Shown in pieces: positions 46,350 through 61,039 of a stretch of 64,000 nucleotides of DNA. Position 1 is the stretch's first letter. Every line of letters begins with the position of its first letter. This DNA comes from the human T2T-CHM13v2.0 reference genome, Homo sapiens, in NCBI RefSeq assembly GCF_009914755.1, contig NC_060946.1. The stretch is one strand, 5' to 3'. Under the pieces are notes generated by a model. It saw only the letters and a list, made by a program, of their open reading frames with translations. It ran no database searches and had not been told where the DNA came from. Made by a program: the position numbers and the translations under genes.

Positions 46350-48650
46350 AATAAAATAAGACACCTAACAACTTTTCCGTGTATAATATAATTTGGGTTA
46401 AGTCAGTAACTGATGCTTATGTTATTATAACTACATAATTTTATACAGAGTTGAGTTGTCGTAAGCCATGATTGCTTTTCCTTTCTTGTACAAATTTTTG
46501 TTTTCCTTACAGCTAATAATTGTTTTTCATTGGCTCAGTTTTCTCTTTACTTATTCCTAAATCAATTCCAAACTTTATGCTGATTATCTGCACTGCCCAA
46601 AATGGTAGCCACTAACCACATGGCTACTAGAATTTAAATTTAAATTAATTTTGACTAAATAAAACAATAAGTTCAGTTCTTCAGTCACACTAATAAACAT
46701 TTCAAGTGTTCTAGCTAGTGGCTACTGTATTGGACAGCACAGATATAGAACATTCCCATCATCACAGAAAGTTCTAATGGACAATACTGGTCTAGATTGC
46801 CTCTCAAATATTCAGAAACAACAATTTTGTCTTCACTGAGAAATTTCTCTGGAGCTTTTCACCTTTGACCAAATCTGGATGTTTGCTCTCTCTGCCTGGT
46901 ATTGGGCTCTCATCCTGGAATTTCCTTTCGCCAACTTCCAGGGAATTCTTTGCCCCTCCCCTGTGTTAAATTTCTTGTTTCCTATTCTTGGTTTCCTCCC
47001 TCATTTTAGTGGAGCACATCCTTTGGTAACTTCCTTAGAGAGGACTGCATGGGAGATAAGGTTTTGAAATATTTCATGCCCTAAAAATATCATCCATCTA
47101 TTCTTATATGAGATTAAGAATCTCACTGGAAATTAAATCTAAGAAGACAATTATTTTTCATGATAATTTTTGAGGCATTGCTCCTCTTTCTTCTAGCTTT
47201 CAGTGTTGCTGTTGAGAATTTCCAAGCCATTCTGATTCTCAGTCTTTGTGTATTATTTGCTTTTTCCTCAGGGTTCTGAAATTTCATAATGGTGTCCCTT
47301 GATGTAGGTCTATTTTTATCCTTTTTTTTTGCGGTAGGCACTCAGTGTCTTTTAATCTGGTAACTCAGGTGCTCCTTCAGTTCTGGGAAACTTTCTTCAA
47401 TTATTTCCTTGATGAAAATTATGTACCATCAGATTTCTCTGTTCTTTCTTTCTGGGCCCACCAGTATTTAGATACTGGATTCCCTGTTCAGGTATTCGAT
47501 TTTTAAAAAAATAATTTTCCCTCCAATTTTCCATATGTTTATGCCTTTGTTGTGTTTTTGGGGAGAACTCCTTGACATAGTCCTACTCTTCTATTGGTTT
47601 TTCATTTGTGCTATTGTGTTTTCATTTCCAAGCGCTTGTTGTTGTTCTCTGAACTTCCCTTTTTATGGCATCCTGTTCTTGCTCATGGTTACAGAATTGT
47701 CTCTTATGTCAGAGGATATTAATTATCTCTATATAGAGTCTTTCTCTCTGTGTGTCTGTGTTTGTTTCTTTTGTTTATTGTTTCCTCCTCTTCCCCCACC
47801 CACCTCCTCTACCTCTCTCTCCTTAGAAGTCCTCAGATGACTGGCAGACCTTGGTTGTCTGCTCACATTAAAGAGTGGGGGAACTATGAATCTCTGAGCT
47901 TGTGGATGAGGCTTGCTGATTGTGGCCTTCATTATTTTAATAGAAGACCTGTACAAGCCTTTGGGAGAAGTCCCAAAATCTGTATTTTAAAATCTTTCCT
48001 CTTGATCAGTTTCCCCAGCATGCAGGCTAGCCAACAGTGTTTTGGGGCCCAAATAGAGATAGAGGACTGAGGGTCTCTGCATTCAGGCATTCAGTATACA
48101 TGCTTTCACTTAATTCCTTGATTCCAGTACCATAATCCTGCCTCAACTGCACTTTGTATTCCATTATCCAAAGACTTTCTATTACCCTCTATAGAGAATA
48201 AACCTCTGATTTTATCCTAGGGTGGAAGAGGAACAACTGTTTGGCCCTGCAAAACTGGGGAGGGAATCTGAAGATTCCAACTGTTTCATAAATGTGTTTC
48301 AGTTGGTCTTTCTTATTTTAGCTCCTCTACCTACCCTCTCTATCTCCTCTTCCAAAAGTATCTGATGCTGGAAATTATTTAGAATGACGTGCATTTGACT
48401 GGTCCTCGGTTTGGTCCACTGCTGGTTTAGGTTTCTTGGGTCTGCTATTTTAGTTATTTATCTTGCATCTGCTTCCTGGCTTCCAAAATTTCATTGTCAC
48501 TGTCTTTTCGCTTGTTCTTTCTTTCTGTTTGTTTGTTTGTTTGCATTTCTGCCTTTTAAAGAAATGTCTTTTCCTGTCATTCTAGAGGGGTTTTTGGAGG
48601 AAACAAAATAAATGTGTGTGTCAATCTGCCATCTTTATCCAGAAGTCGGT
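46350..48650 (-). mobile_element. Ancient L1M 5'/ORF1 remnant
   Basis: ORF 47123..47341 (RPTSRDTIMKFQ..IRMAWKFSTATLKARR) resembles the L1 ORF1p RPT.RHIIVKF / IRLTADFS.ETL.ARR region. Confidence 0.65.
46590..46790. mobile_element. MER33/MER3-like hAT-Charlie element
   Basis: gtagccactaaccacatggcta, gtggctactgtattggacagc, catcacagaaagttctaatggaca. Confidence 0.75.
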
Positions 48651-49448
48651 AAACATATTTATAAAAACATAAATATGTCAAGAGTTAGTTTATAGGACAA
48701 GCAATGCAGTTTTCTTTAAACATTTTGGTCTGAAGTATAAATATAATACTACTTTAATTCATACAGGATTTCTGAGAATTGGTAAAGTATTGCTTAAGAA
48801 TTTCAACATGAAAAATACTTCCTAATACTATAAAAATACTATAAAACTATATTTGAAGAATTTAAGTATAAATGGCCTCAGTAAGGAATATTAGCTCATA
48901 GTCCTCCACTTGGAAATAAACCCCTCAGCTGTGTTGAAGACCATTGGAGATAATAAATGACATTATCTGAAAATATTTGCATGTTTTAAAATTTCTTACT
49001 CATATTATATCTTTTTAGAGGTTGCCAGAACATCACTAGTCTCAGTTTAGGAAAAAAAATATTAATAAAAGATAGTTTGAAAGATGACATAGATACTTTC
49101 ATAGGAATTGATAAGAACACACAGAGAGATCAAATTCTTCCACTTGGTTTTGGATGCTTTGTGTCATTATCCTGACTTTGTTCAAAAGTAAGACTTTGAA
49201 ATTGTCAGAGTAAGAAAGGAGAAAAATTTGAATGAAGCTGGTCTAAACATTAGGTAGAAATAAAAGCCTTCAGATAATCCTGATGATGCTTCTAGTTACC
49301 TGTTTGCTTCCTTTCCTTACCAAATTTCTCACAAGATGCTTTCTATTTGCTGTACCCCCCTTACCAGTTTTTCCATGCAGAAAGCTGGCTTCTTCCCCCA
49401 CCTTCACTTCCCCAACTACTCTCTTCAAAATAAACAATGACTTCCTAA

Positions 49449-49932
<484 letters not shown>

Positions 49933-49939
49933 TGATCTT

Positions 49940-51450
49940 TTTTATATTGATGATATACTCATTTTAAAACAGTCCTTCTTATTTCTATGATATACTTCTC
50001 ATTCTTTTTCCATCTGTTCTCATCTTTTTTCCATCCACTTCCCTCTTTTGCTTTTGTTCTTTCTTCCACCTCTAATTGTGGGCATCCCCAAACATCCCCC
50101 AAAATCTTTGATCATATGCTCTTCTAGCTCTATGTGCTTTCCTTTGGAAGATTCATCCATTCTCAGGGTTTCAAGCATCACGTGTATGCTGTCGACTTCC
50201 ATATGTGTTATCTTGAGCCCTGATCATCCCCAAGAGCTCCAGTTCTATATCTTTAACCTTCTTTCGGGCATTTGTGCTTTGAGTTAACACTGTCATGTCA
50301 AATCCAGTATGCTCGTCTTTTTATTCACCACTGCCTTCCCTTTTCCACACATAGAACAAGTTTCTCTACCCAGTTTCCCCCCCTCTCAGCACCACCTTTA
50401 TCTCAGTGTCTTAAGTTCAGAATCTTGAAATCATTCTCCTGCATTATCCTCATTTAGTCAAGTATCAGAATTCCCCTAAGCCTTCCCTTTCCAGCCTGTT
50501 CTTACTGCCAAAACTCAAGTCCAGACCTTCATCCTCTCCTATCTGAATTACTACCACAGCCTTGAGGCTCTCCCACAGCCTCCTGGATCCTAGATACCAC
50601 TGCCATCTACTGTTATTTAAATATGACTTTTATTCTATCGCTTCCCTAATCAAAAATATCTCATGAGTCTTATTTCCAGCATCAAGTCTAAACACCTTTT
50701 CTTGGCTTTCGGGCTGCTTGTAGCCTGGCTCCACCTTATCTGTCTTATTACCCAACATCTTCCCCTTCCTTGAGTTAGGTCAGTTTTCTCACTGTCACAA
50801 GAACTGGCCAAGTTCATTTCTTCCCCCATATCTTAACAAGTGTATTTTCTCTTGTCCAGAATGCCTTTCTTTCCATTGGCCCAAATCATATCCATTTTGC
50901 AAGAGAATTGTCTATGCTTCCTGTGTCCAATTCCCTGCTTTCTGTTCTCTTTAACCCACTTTAATCAAGCTTTTATCACCACCACTTTACTATTCAAGCC
51001 ATAATTCTTATCACTTTCCTATCATTAGTCACTTTCTCAGTCTTTCCCATCTCAGTAAACGACACTATCATTTACTTAGTTGCTTCAAACCTAAAAGCCA
51101 TCTTTAGTTCTTCTCCCTCAAAACCTATATCCAGTCCATCAGTGAGTCTAGTGAGCTTTCCATTCAAAATATATTTCAAATCTGGCCACTTCTCACTATC
51201 TCACTGCTACCACTCTGGCCCAAGCAAACAGTACCTCTCCAGTGGTCTCCTTGCTTTCATTTTTGCCCTTGCACAGTTTATTTCACCAAAGCATCTCTAA
51301 AGATGTCAATCTATTCATGTCACTTCACTGTTTATGGCTTTTAAGGCCATACCTGATCTGCTCTAGCCCAAGGCTCTGACCTTACCTTCTTTCAATTTCC
51401 CCTTACTTCCTCGTCTCTATTTTCTCTGGCCTTCTTTCTGTTTCTACAAA
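49940..51450 (+). mobile_element. L2 fragments
   Basis: ctccagttctatat, cccatctcagtaaac, tccagtccatcag, ccacttctcactatctcactgctacc. Confidence 0.6.
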
Positions 51451-51604
51451 AAGCTAAGCTTTTTGACACCTCACTTACACATGGACACATTTCAGAATAG
51501 TCACTAGATAGGTTAGAAAAGAATAAGTGTTTTCAGTTTCCACAATATTTGTCACTAAAATATGTATTGTATTAACAGGAAAAACTTATTTCTAAAATCT
51601 ACAT

Positions 51605-53200
51605 TTTTGTATAAGTTTATTTTTATTTTGAAATAATCTCAAGCTTACAGAAAACCTGCAAGTACACACAAATCATGTTTTATTTTCTGAGCCATTTGCT
51701 TTATCACTCCTGTATACTGTACTATGTAATTCCTATAGGCAAGGATATTCTCCTATATATTCACAATATAACCATCAAAACTGAGGAATCAGCTTTGATT
51801 CATTACTGTCATCTAACCCTCAGATTCCTTTCAAGTTTTTCCAGTTGTCCCAGTAATATCCATTATGGCAAAAGGATCCAGGTTAGAATCATGTGTTGTA
51901 TTTAGTTAAATTTCTTTAGCTTCCCTTAGCTTGGAACAGGTCCTCAGTCCTTCCTTGACTTTCATGACCTTGACATGTTTTAATAGAACAGGCCACTTAT
52001 TTTTTAGAATGTCCTTCAATTTGCATTTGTCTGATGTTTCCTCAAGATTAGATTCAGGGTATGCATCTTTTTAAAGAATAACATAGGGCTGGGCATGGTG
52101 GATTATGCTTGTTATCCCAGCACTTTTGGAAACTGAGGCAGAAGGATCACCTGAGGCCAGGAGTTCAAGACCAGCCCGGGTCACACAGCAAGACCTGCAT
52201 CTCCTAAAACTTTTTAAAAAGTTAGCTGGGTGTGGTGGCACATGTCTGTAGTCCTAGTTACTCCAGAGGCTGAGGCAAGAGGATCACTTGAACCCAACAG
52301 TTTTAAGGTTGCAGTGAGAGCTATGTTCACACCACTACACTCCAGCCTGGGTGACAAAGTGAGACCTTGCTTTTTTTAAAAAAAAAAAAAAAAGAAAGAA
52401 AGAAAGAAGGAATATCACAGAATTGGTGCTGAGTAATCTTTACTTCCTTCAGGTGGCACATGATTTTGATTTGTCCCATTTCAATTATGTTTTATTTGGT
52501 CACTTGATTAAGGTGGTGTCTGCCAGCCTTCTCCACTGTAAAGTTATTTTCCCCTTTGTAATTAATAAGTAGTTTATAGAAGAGTACTTAGCAACTATGT
52601 AAGTTATCCTGATCCTCATCAAACTTCCCATTTATTCACTTATTTATATCAGTATGGACTCATGGGTCTTTATTTTATCTGTTACTATCATTATTTATTT
52701 TGATGCTCATATTCTCTAAGATGTTGCCAGTGGGAGCCTCTTCAAGTTGGCTCTTGTATTCTTTGACATGTCCCTCTAATTAAGCACTTCCTTACATCCT
52801 GTTACAAGCTGTTCCAGACTCGTCTTGTGTTTTCCCTGTTCCAGTCCTGGAATCAGCCATTTCTTCAAGGATCCCTGGTTTTTCAGTGGTTCCTTCTAAT
52901 AGCCACAATGTGGTTTCTCTCAGTGGACAGAACTAGAGAATATATGTATGTACACAACACACACACACACACACATCTATATTTATGTATCTATATGAAA
53001 ACCCATGATTTCACACCTATACCATCAATGCCAATCCAATGCTGTAGAATTCATTCTAGCTTTATCACTTTCTATATTTGTAATTTTTCTCCATCAGTGA
53101 GAGAACTGGCTGCCATTATCATTAGCTTATTAATTTATTTGATCAGTTCCCTTAAATGTAACCAAACTCCCATCTTTGCCACCTTCCTTGTACACATATA
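51605..53200 (-). mobile_element. L1MC 3' region with nested Alu
   Basis: ttttattttgaaataatctcaagcttacagaaa, gtctgatgtttcctc, tatcagtatggactcatgg, cctggaatcagccatttct. Confidence 0.75.
52086..52410 (+). mobile_element. AluJ SINE
   Basis: Sense dimer; TSD gaata.ca.ag. Confidence 0.88.
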
Positions 53201-55751
53201 GACACCCATATCACACCTCTAGGACTCTTGACTCTACTCCCCAGACTGCCTCCTCACCCTGCTCAAGCTTTGACACTCTGCCTTGGGCCTTTTCCCCATG
53301 TAGATGACCCTGCTTACCCTGCTCAGGCTCCAACTCTGGCATTCCCACTGTGGGTCACCCACACTTGTGATGCCCTCGTTACTCCATTTGGCACTGACTC
53401 CCCAAGCCATGCTCGCCCTCCACATGGTTGCCCTCCTCACACTGCACAGGCTCTGATACAGATGCTTAGCTTGCTCTGCCCCACCTGACATTGGCTTTAG
53501 GATTGAGCTGTTTCTCAAGAATTGGGAAAAGGAAGAAGTAAGACCATATTTTATTTAGAAAATGCTTCCTACCTAGTGTAGCTTTCACTATGAGTTGAGA
53601 AGGCTGTAACATTTCTGTTCCCTTTGACCTAAAAAAGCATATATTATTAGTATTCATCTGCCTTAAATACTGTAGCAATCAGTGGACCAAGAGCCAAATC
53701 ATTTTTGAAAGAACACCTAACCTAAATGAATGTAGAAACAAAACAACCAGATAAAAAAAGAAAGATTTCTTCACATTTTTTCATCTTTTGTTCAAATGCT
53801 TTGGTATTATGGACACAGTCTCAGAATCACTGTTAAGTGCTAATGATTAATAAGTTCATGAACCTTACATTTTGAACAGGGTAGTTTCTGATGCCTGACG
53901 CCCTTGGATCAAAATTAATTGTATCTTTTAAAACTGAGAAATGAAAATATTTAGTCACAATAACATTACTGTCATTCAGTCATACCACAAGATTTTGCAA
54001 GGCAATATCTACATTGAATTGATTGTCCCTTGAAACTTTAGAACTAAAACCTCTGCAAGATTGTCCTTGATAATCTTTTCACAGCAATAAAAGCACTGAC
54101 GAAGAGTCAGGGCGTTGTCATCAAAGAGACTAAACTGCTGCAGACTACAACTTTCCCAGGACAAAAATATTCAAGTTTGCCTCCAAACCTCTTCAAGATA
54201 TAAACTAACCATTCCAAGAAGTAGCTTTTTCATTCCTACTGTTACTCTAAATTGTCTGAGAGGCAAATTTAGCCTTTTTTCTAAATTAAGATATGTTATT
54301 ATTGGGCTTTTGTTTAATTCTAAGCCAAAATATACCCAAACTCCCACTACATTCCTTGGAAGCTGTAGATGCTGTTGAAGTGCTCTCTTGGCCACATCTC
54401 ACTCCTTTAGGAGTCAGCACTCTCCATCTGTATCCTCTTGGAGACCATGAAAGGGAAAACAGCCTCTGTGACTTCTCCAACCAGGTGGGTCAGATTAGCT
54501 TTACAGTCCACTTACAAGGAGACTAACAAAGCTCCTCTGTGGGTGTTTGAGCACATTTTACAAAACTGCTGATGACCTCATGAGCCAAAGAAACCAGGTC
54601 TCACATTGTGGACTAAGCCTAAATATTAATACTACTTTATATTTATGTAGTGTCTTTTTTCCAAGGAACTCCAGCCTCTTTACAGACATTATGTCACTAA
54701 TCCTCAAAGCATCCCTGTTTGGTACATGGCAAATATTATCCCCCTCCCTTTTTTTTTTTTTAACAGTGATGGAAACTTGCAAGTTGGTGATGGAACCCAG
54801 CCCCCTGGTTCTTAGTCTATGCACTATACCATAAAAAAAGTCAGACGAATACTTTTTCAAGCTATTCATTGCTTCTTGGGTGGGATTTAAGAGGATGTCT
54901 TGGCTTGTATGCATTTCAGTTTTCAGTGTCTCTAGCTTCTGTGATCCTCTTTTTCTTCTTCATTGTAAGTCAAGCATGTTCAAGCATATTTCTCTTCCAC
55001 TGTTGCATTTATGGGAACACTAGAAGTTTGTAACTGAGATTTGAAGTGAAAGACTTCGGTATTGAATATGTAATTTCACTTGTCACTCAGAGATCCCTTA
55101 TACTTCTCATAACCTAAAAGAAATTAGATTTTTTAAAAAAATTCACCATGCCAGCTTAGAGCACATTTCATTTATAGCAATCACATTTTCACCAAAATTA
55201 GGTAATGTTCAACTAAATACAACCAATTTGTGTTGAATTATTAACATGTACCAGATATTATATCAAACATTTTCAAATATATGATCTTGTTTTACATATA
55301 TTAACACATATGTAATATTCCATGTGAACCTGTTAGATTTAATTCTTAAGTGTATAAACACTCTCCTAGAGTAGGGCAAAGAAAAAAAAAAGAGGCATTA
55401 ATAGAAATATGGCCTCAGTTGTTATATCCAATAAAAATAAAAATAAAAGAGCTCCCTCAATTCTCTCAGTGGAAATCCCCAGTGTAAATATTTCCACAAA
55501 AGAGGAAAATGTGGGTAACTTCTAAAAATCACCAGGAGTTAGCTTCATATCCACAAAGTAAAAAAAAAACAAAAACAAAACTTAAAAGTTTGGTTCCTAC
55601 ATAATCAACAACTATACAAAGCATAAGGAAGAGAATAAAACACAGCCATATCTAAGGATGACAAATATTTCTTGATTTCACTTGGTTAGACCCTTCCTAA
55701 TCAGGATTATTAAAACCAGGAATTATGAACTGTAGTGGTATAGCTTGCTCA

Positions 55752-56294
55752 CTCTTTCTTTCCTTTCTTTCTTTCTTTTCTTTTCTTTTTTCTTTTCTTT
55801 CTTTCCTTCTTTCTTTTTCTTTCTCTCCTTTTCCTTTTCCTTCCTTCCTTCCTCCCTCCCCCCCCCTCCCTTCCCCTTCCCCTTCTCCTTCCTTCCTTCC
55901 TTCCTTCCCTCCCTCCCTCCGTCCCTCCCTCCCTCCCTTCCTCCCTTCCTCCCTTCCTGTCTCTCTCTATCTCTTTCCCCCTCCCCTTCTCTCTTTCTCT
56001 TTCTTTCTTTCTTTCCAGGGTCTTGCTCTGTCACCCAGGCTGGAATGCAGTGACATGATCCACAGCTCACTGCAGCTTTGACTTCCTGGGCTCCCGCGAT
56101 CCTCCCACCCCAGGCTTCCAAGGAGCTGGAACCACAAGCGCACGCCACCGCTCTTGGCTGATTTTTGTATTTTTGGTAGAGATGGGGTTTCACCATGTTG
56201 CCCAGGTTGATCTCAAACTCCTGAGCTCAAGCAATCTGCACACCTCGGCCTCCAAAAGTTCTGGTATTACAGGCATGAGCCACTGCGCCTGCCC
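55752..56294 (-). mobile_element. AluJ with ~265-bp polypyrimidine expanded tail
   Basis: (TTTC)/(TTCC)/(TCCC)n 55752-56016 then Alu; TSD ctgtagtggta. Confidence 0.9.
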
Positions 56295-56907
56295 CTGTAG
56301 TGGTAAAACTTTAGTCACAAAAAATCAATTTCACATCTCATTTTAAAATTCTTTTATATGAACTACTGTCATGTTTTTCAAATTGGTGGACATCTGTAGC
56401 TTCACTGAATTAGAATGATGCCAGTGAAATGAGAGACAATGCGGAAAAATTAGAAAAGTTCTCCTAAAATAAGGCGGAGAGTTTCAACTCTTAATCATTG
56501 AATTTTGAAAGCCCTCAGAATAAAAATGTACCATATACCCTGCCATAATACTGTTTCACTCTGCTCTCTGGCCCAGCTAGATTCGAACTAGCCCTACATT
56601 TCTAAGTAAATAGTGCTTAATTTGAAACTGAGAAGCCCTACCACATCACGGAAAATCTTTATAGGTTGGAAAATATGTATATTATGTCATGCTTTAGGTA
56701 TATAATCTAGCCATATTCTGTAATAGATTTGCTGCAGTTTATACTCAACAACCTTGAGTTTTTAAGAAAACATATTTGTATATTCCAAATGTTTGGTTTA
56801 TCTTTCATAGGAAATATTAGCCAAAAGGGATACCCTGTATTTCAGGTAAAAACTTAGTGATAGGGAAATTTAAAAAGTGTTAGTCAAAAATCGAATGTTT
56901 GCCCTAT

Positions 56908-57022
56908 CAGGGTTGCCATGCATGACTGTGCTGATTGTGTACTGCATAATTCCAGGGATACCTAAAACACAGACAGAAATGTGAATGACACCCCTGGGGT
57001 TGAGCAACGCCTGGCAGCCCTG
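56908..57022. mobile_element. MER91-like hAT MITE
   Basis: TIR cagggttgcca / tggcagccctg; tgaatgacacccctggggttg. Confidence 0.7.
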
Positions 57023-59340
57023 ATTTTAAGTAAATAGTAAAGCTTTTGAAAATGCTCATTTTTTTTTTCTGATTCACTACTGAAGACCAGTTGTGAGCTG
57101 CAGGAGGGCTTTTATTATTTTTCCTATTTTTTTGTGTATATGCAAGGTCCTTAGTTTTTTCCTCTCCATGTTGTTTCCAAAAGACTTCCTTACTGACTGA
57201 GCTTCAGCACACTGCTCTGGCATTCTCCCAGCTCTAAGTTTTCATGAGTCAGGGAAAATGTGTGCACTCTGAAAAGAAGCTTGTCAGACATGCTCAGCCA
57301 GCTGACATGAAGTCCCTCTCTCCATTCTTCTTTTCCATCCACATTCTTACAGCCTACTGCTTGTACCTTTATTTAGCCCTGACTTCATCCTACCTGTGTT
57401 GGATGTTAGTTAGAGTTTGTTGTTTACATATCTGTGTTCCTTACTACCTTGAACTCTACTGCCCATCCCTGCTGTCCTGCTGCCACTGTGCCCTGCCCTT
57501 ATCACCACCATAGCACTTAGCATGGTGCCTTGAATCTTCTGCTTGTCTGACCCTCCTCTTTTACCTTTCCATTCTTTGGTTTTCTTTCATTTTCTTTAGT
57601 CAGGAGGAAAATATGTATTCTCTAGATGGGGAGAATAACTGGAGGAATGGGAAGAAAGCTCACCTCCGTAAAAGACCAAGAGTGGCCCTGCAGTTAGTTC
57701 TGTTACTTGGTCACAACCCTCCATTTCCTCATTTACTCTTACTGTGGCCAGGCCTGGCCCAGATTTAATAAAACAACTTGAAGAGGGTGATATCATGAAT
57801 TTTATTCCAGTTTTAAGTTTTTAGTGATGCAGTTGATTTTGAAATGACAACAGTACAGATGGTTTTTGCAAGGATGTAAAAGAAACTAGTAACAGTGATT
57901 GTCTTTTAGAAGGGGACTTGAATGGTTCTGGGATAGCAGGGAAAGTTTCACTATATACCTTTATATTACCTTTTGAATTGCATATTATGTAAATGTATTA
58001 GCTATTGAAATAGATACATAAAACTAACAAAAATGGAAGCAATTAAATAACTATAGTTGAACTAAATTGATGCTGTAGAAAATTCTGTTAATTACAACAA
58101 AGTGTTTGAATATATTTTTTCAAAGCTAGATCAGGAAGAGGAGAGGTATGATTATTCTCATTTTGTGTTAGAAATTTTGAAAATGTTTCATCATTTCCTG
58201 CATAAATAATATGAAAATTAAGTTTAGGTGCATGCTCCTTATATAAAACTTATCCTCACTCTGAACACTCAACTACTTCACTTTAGGGGTTTTCTATTTC
58301 TCTTCAATTGAATTTAGGGCCAATTTAAAGTGAAAATCTGACTTCTTAGTGACTGTATCTTGCAACTCTGCCTCTGCCTTGTGTGGAGGAACTTTACTGG
58401 GGAGGCCAGAGTTCCTAAGTGTTATCTACTTTGGTCTCTCCTTCCTGCCAGCAAGAGTAGGCAGTTATGACCTGAGGTTTAGATATTGCACCAATAGAGA
58501 TCTTCCATCTTAGACAATTTTCATACCAAAGTGGTCTTTTTCTGATATTTTATAGGACCTATCTCTATAGTCATTTCTGTACTTACAGTTATGCTATGTT
58601 CTTCTCAACACCTGCTAAAGCACTTATAGAGGCTCATGTTCAAGCAAATGACCTACATAGCAAGTCTGTGAGAAGCAGGGTATTGCATTTCCAATTCTGT
58701 ATCTATTATCTGTTCATCTCTTTTTTGAAGAATCAGCAAATGTATGTCAAACTTTAGTACATCTAATGACACCATCATGTCATTGCCTGTAAATTTCCTC
58801 TATTCATGCCACAAACCAAGAAACAACTTTTTCATTTTTATAATTACTTCAAGTATGTGCTTGAGCGTGTTTATGTATTTAATGTATCCACCTTTAACTA
58901 CCACGGAATTCATAATTATTTACTCAGGCATTTGAAAGTAAGAAAGTAACTGACATTTTTCTATTGAAAAGTATTTAATAATATTTTAGAATATTTTATA
59001 ATTTTTAAAAGCCTAATAAACATTATTTTTTTAAATGTTCTTTTTTACCTTTGCAAATAAAGCAAGATTGCAAATAAAAAGATTTTTACACTAACATTTT
59101 TTATCACTTTGAAATAAAGGGGATAAAAGAGATTAAAGTAATAAAAATGTTGATTATTATAACCGTGTCAAGTAATAGAAAACACAATTTAAACAATAAA
59201 CACACTGATATGAAACTTCATATTTTTAAGTTTAATTATATTTAATACAATTTACACATGAATACATTCTCATAGATAGTTCAAAAACTGCCAATAAGGA
59301 TATTCCATGCCTTTTCCTTTGCATTTAAAATACACACACA

Positions 59341-59655
59341 GGGTGGGCATGGTGGCTCACATCTGTAGTCCCAGCACTTTGGGAGGCTGGGGTGGGCCGA
59401 TAACTTTAGCCCAGCAGTTTGAGACCAGCGTGGGCAACATGGTGAAAACCCGTCTCTACCAAAAATACAAAAATTAGCTGGGCGTGGTGATGTGTGCCTG
59501 TAGTCCCAGGTACTCAGGAGGCTGAGGTGGGAGGATTACCTGAGATGGGGAGGTCAAGGTTGCAGTAAGCCATGGATGGCACCACTGCACCCCAGCCTAG
59601 GTGACAGAGTGAGACCCCGTCTCAAAATACACACACACACACACACACACACACG
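59341..59655 (+). mobile_element. AluJ followed by (AC)n microsatellite
   Basis: Sense dimer; aaaatacacacaca duplicated on both sides. Confidence 0.9.
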
Positions 59656-59669
59656 ATATGTTGTTTAAT

Positions 59670-59965
59670 ACAGCAGCCACTAGCCACATGTGGCTATTGA
59701 GTACTTGAAATGTGGCTAGTTTGAATTGAAATGTAGGTATAAAATATACGCTGGATTGTGAGGACGTACTACAAAAAAAGAACGTAAAATATCTCCATCA
59801 TTTTAATATTCACATATTAAAATGATAGTTTTTAATATATTGGGTTAAATTAAATGTTAAATTTTAATTTCATCGTTTCTTCTTACTTTTTAAAATATGG
59901 TTCAAATTTAAAATTATTTGGTGTGTAATTGTGTCTTGCATTCTATTTCTATTAGGCAGTACTGT
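59670..59965. mobile_element. MER33-like hAT-Charlie element
   Basis: agccactagccacatgtggctattgagtacttgaaatgtggctagt. Confidence 0.75.
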
Positions 59966-59971
59966 ATATAG

Positions 59972-60336
<365 letters not shown>

Positions 60337-60721
60337 TAATATTGTCCTTTTTTTAAACTTACTTTTTTCACTTAACATACGTCTTACAGATTTTTCCCTA
60401 TTAGTATACTTAAATGAACCTCATTCTTTTTAACTGTGGCATAGTAATCCTTAGTATTAAAGTGTTCTAGGTTTATTTCAAGTTTTTTATATTGATGAAC
60501 ATTTAAGTTTTTACTTTTTCTTAGGAACATTGCTTCAGGAATGTCCTTGAACATGACTCTTTGTGCATATATGGGAGCATTTCTCTAGGATAGACACCTA
60601 GGGGGCCAGAAGATATTTGAAGTTTTTGATTATCTGGATATAGTCCTGTTCAAAGATTGTATTACCTCAGAAAAGATGCTTATTTTTTATGGTTTTGTCA
60701 TTTTTATAAATCATGTGCTGA

Positions 60722-61032
60722 TTTTCTTTTCTTTTTTTGTTTTTTTGAGACAGGGTCTCACTCTGTTGCCCAGGCCACAGTGCAGTGGCACAATCTTGGC
60801 TCACCTCAACCTCTGCCTCCTGGGCACAAGCAATCTTCTGCCACATCAGCCTTCTGAGTAGCTGGGATTACAGGCATGTACCACCACGCCCAGCTAATTT
60901 TTTGTATTTTTTGTAGAGATGAAGTTTCTCCATGTTGCCCAGGCTGTTCTCAAACCACTGAGCTCAAGTAATCCACCTGCCTCAGCCTCCCAAAGTTCTG
61001 GGATTACAGGCATGAACCACCACGCCCGGCCA
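60722..61032 (-). mobile_element. AluJb-like SINE
   Basis: Full dimer; TSD catgtgctga.tttt. Confidence 0.9.
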
Positions 61033-61039
61033 TGTGCTG

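Noticed and set aside
53200-53490. C-rich degenerate repeats (cctcaccctgctca...) with ORFs on both strands
   Set aside because: Adjacent to and probably part of the L1MC fragment; irregular spacing and no recognisable protein.
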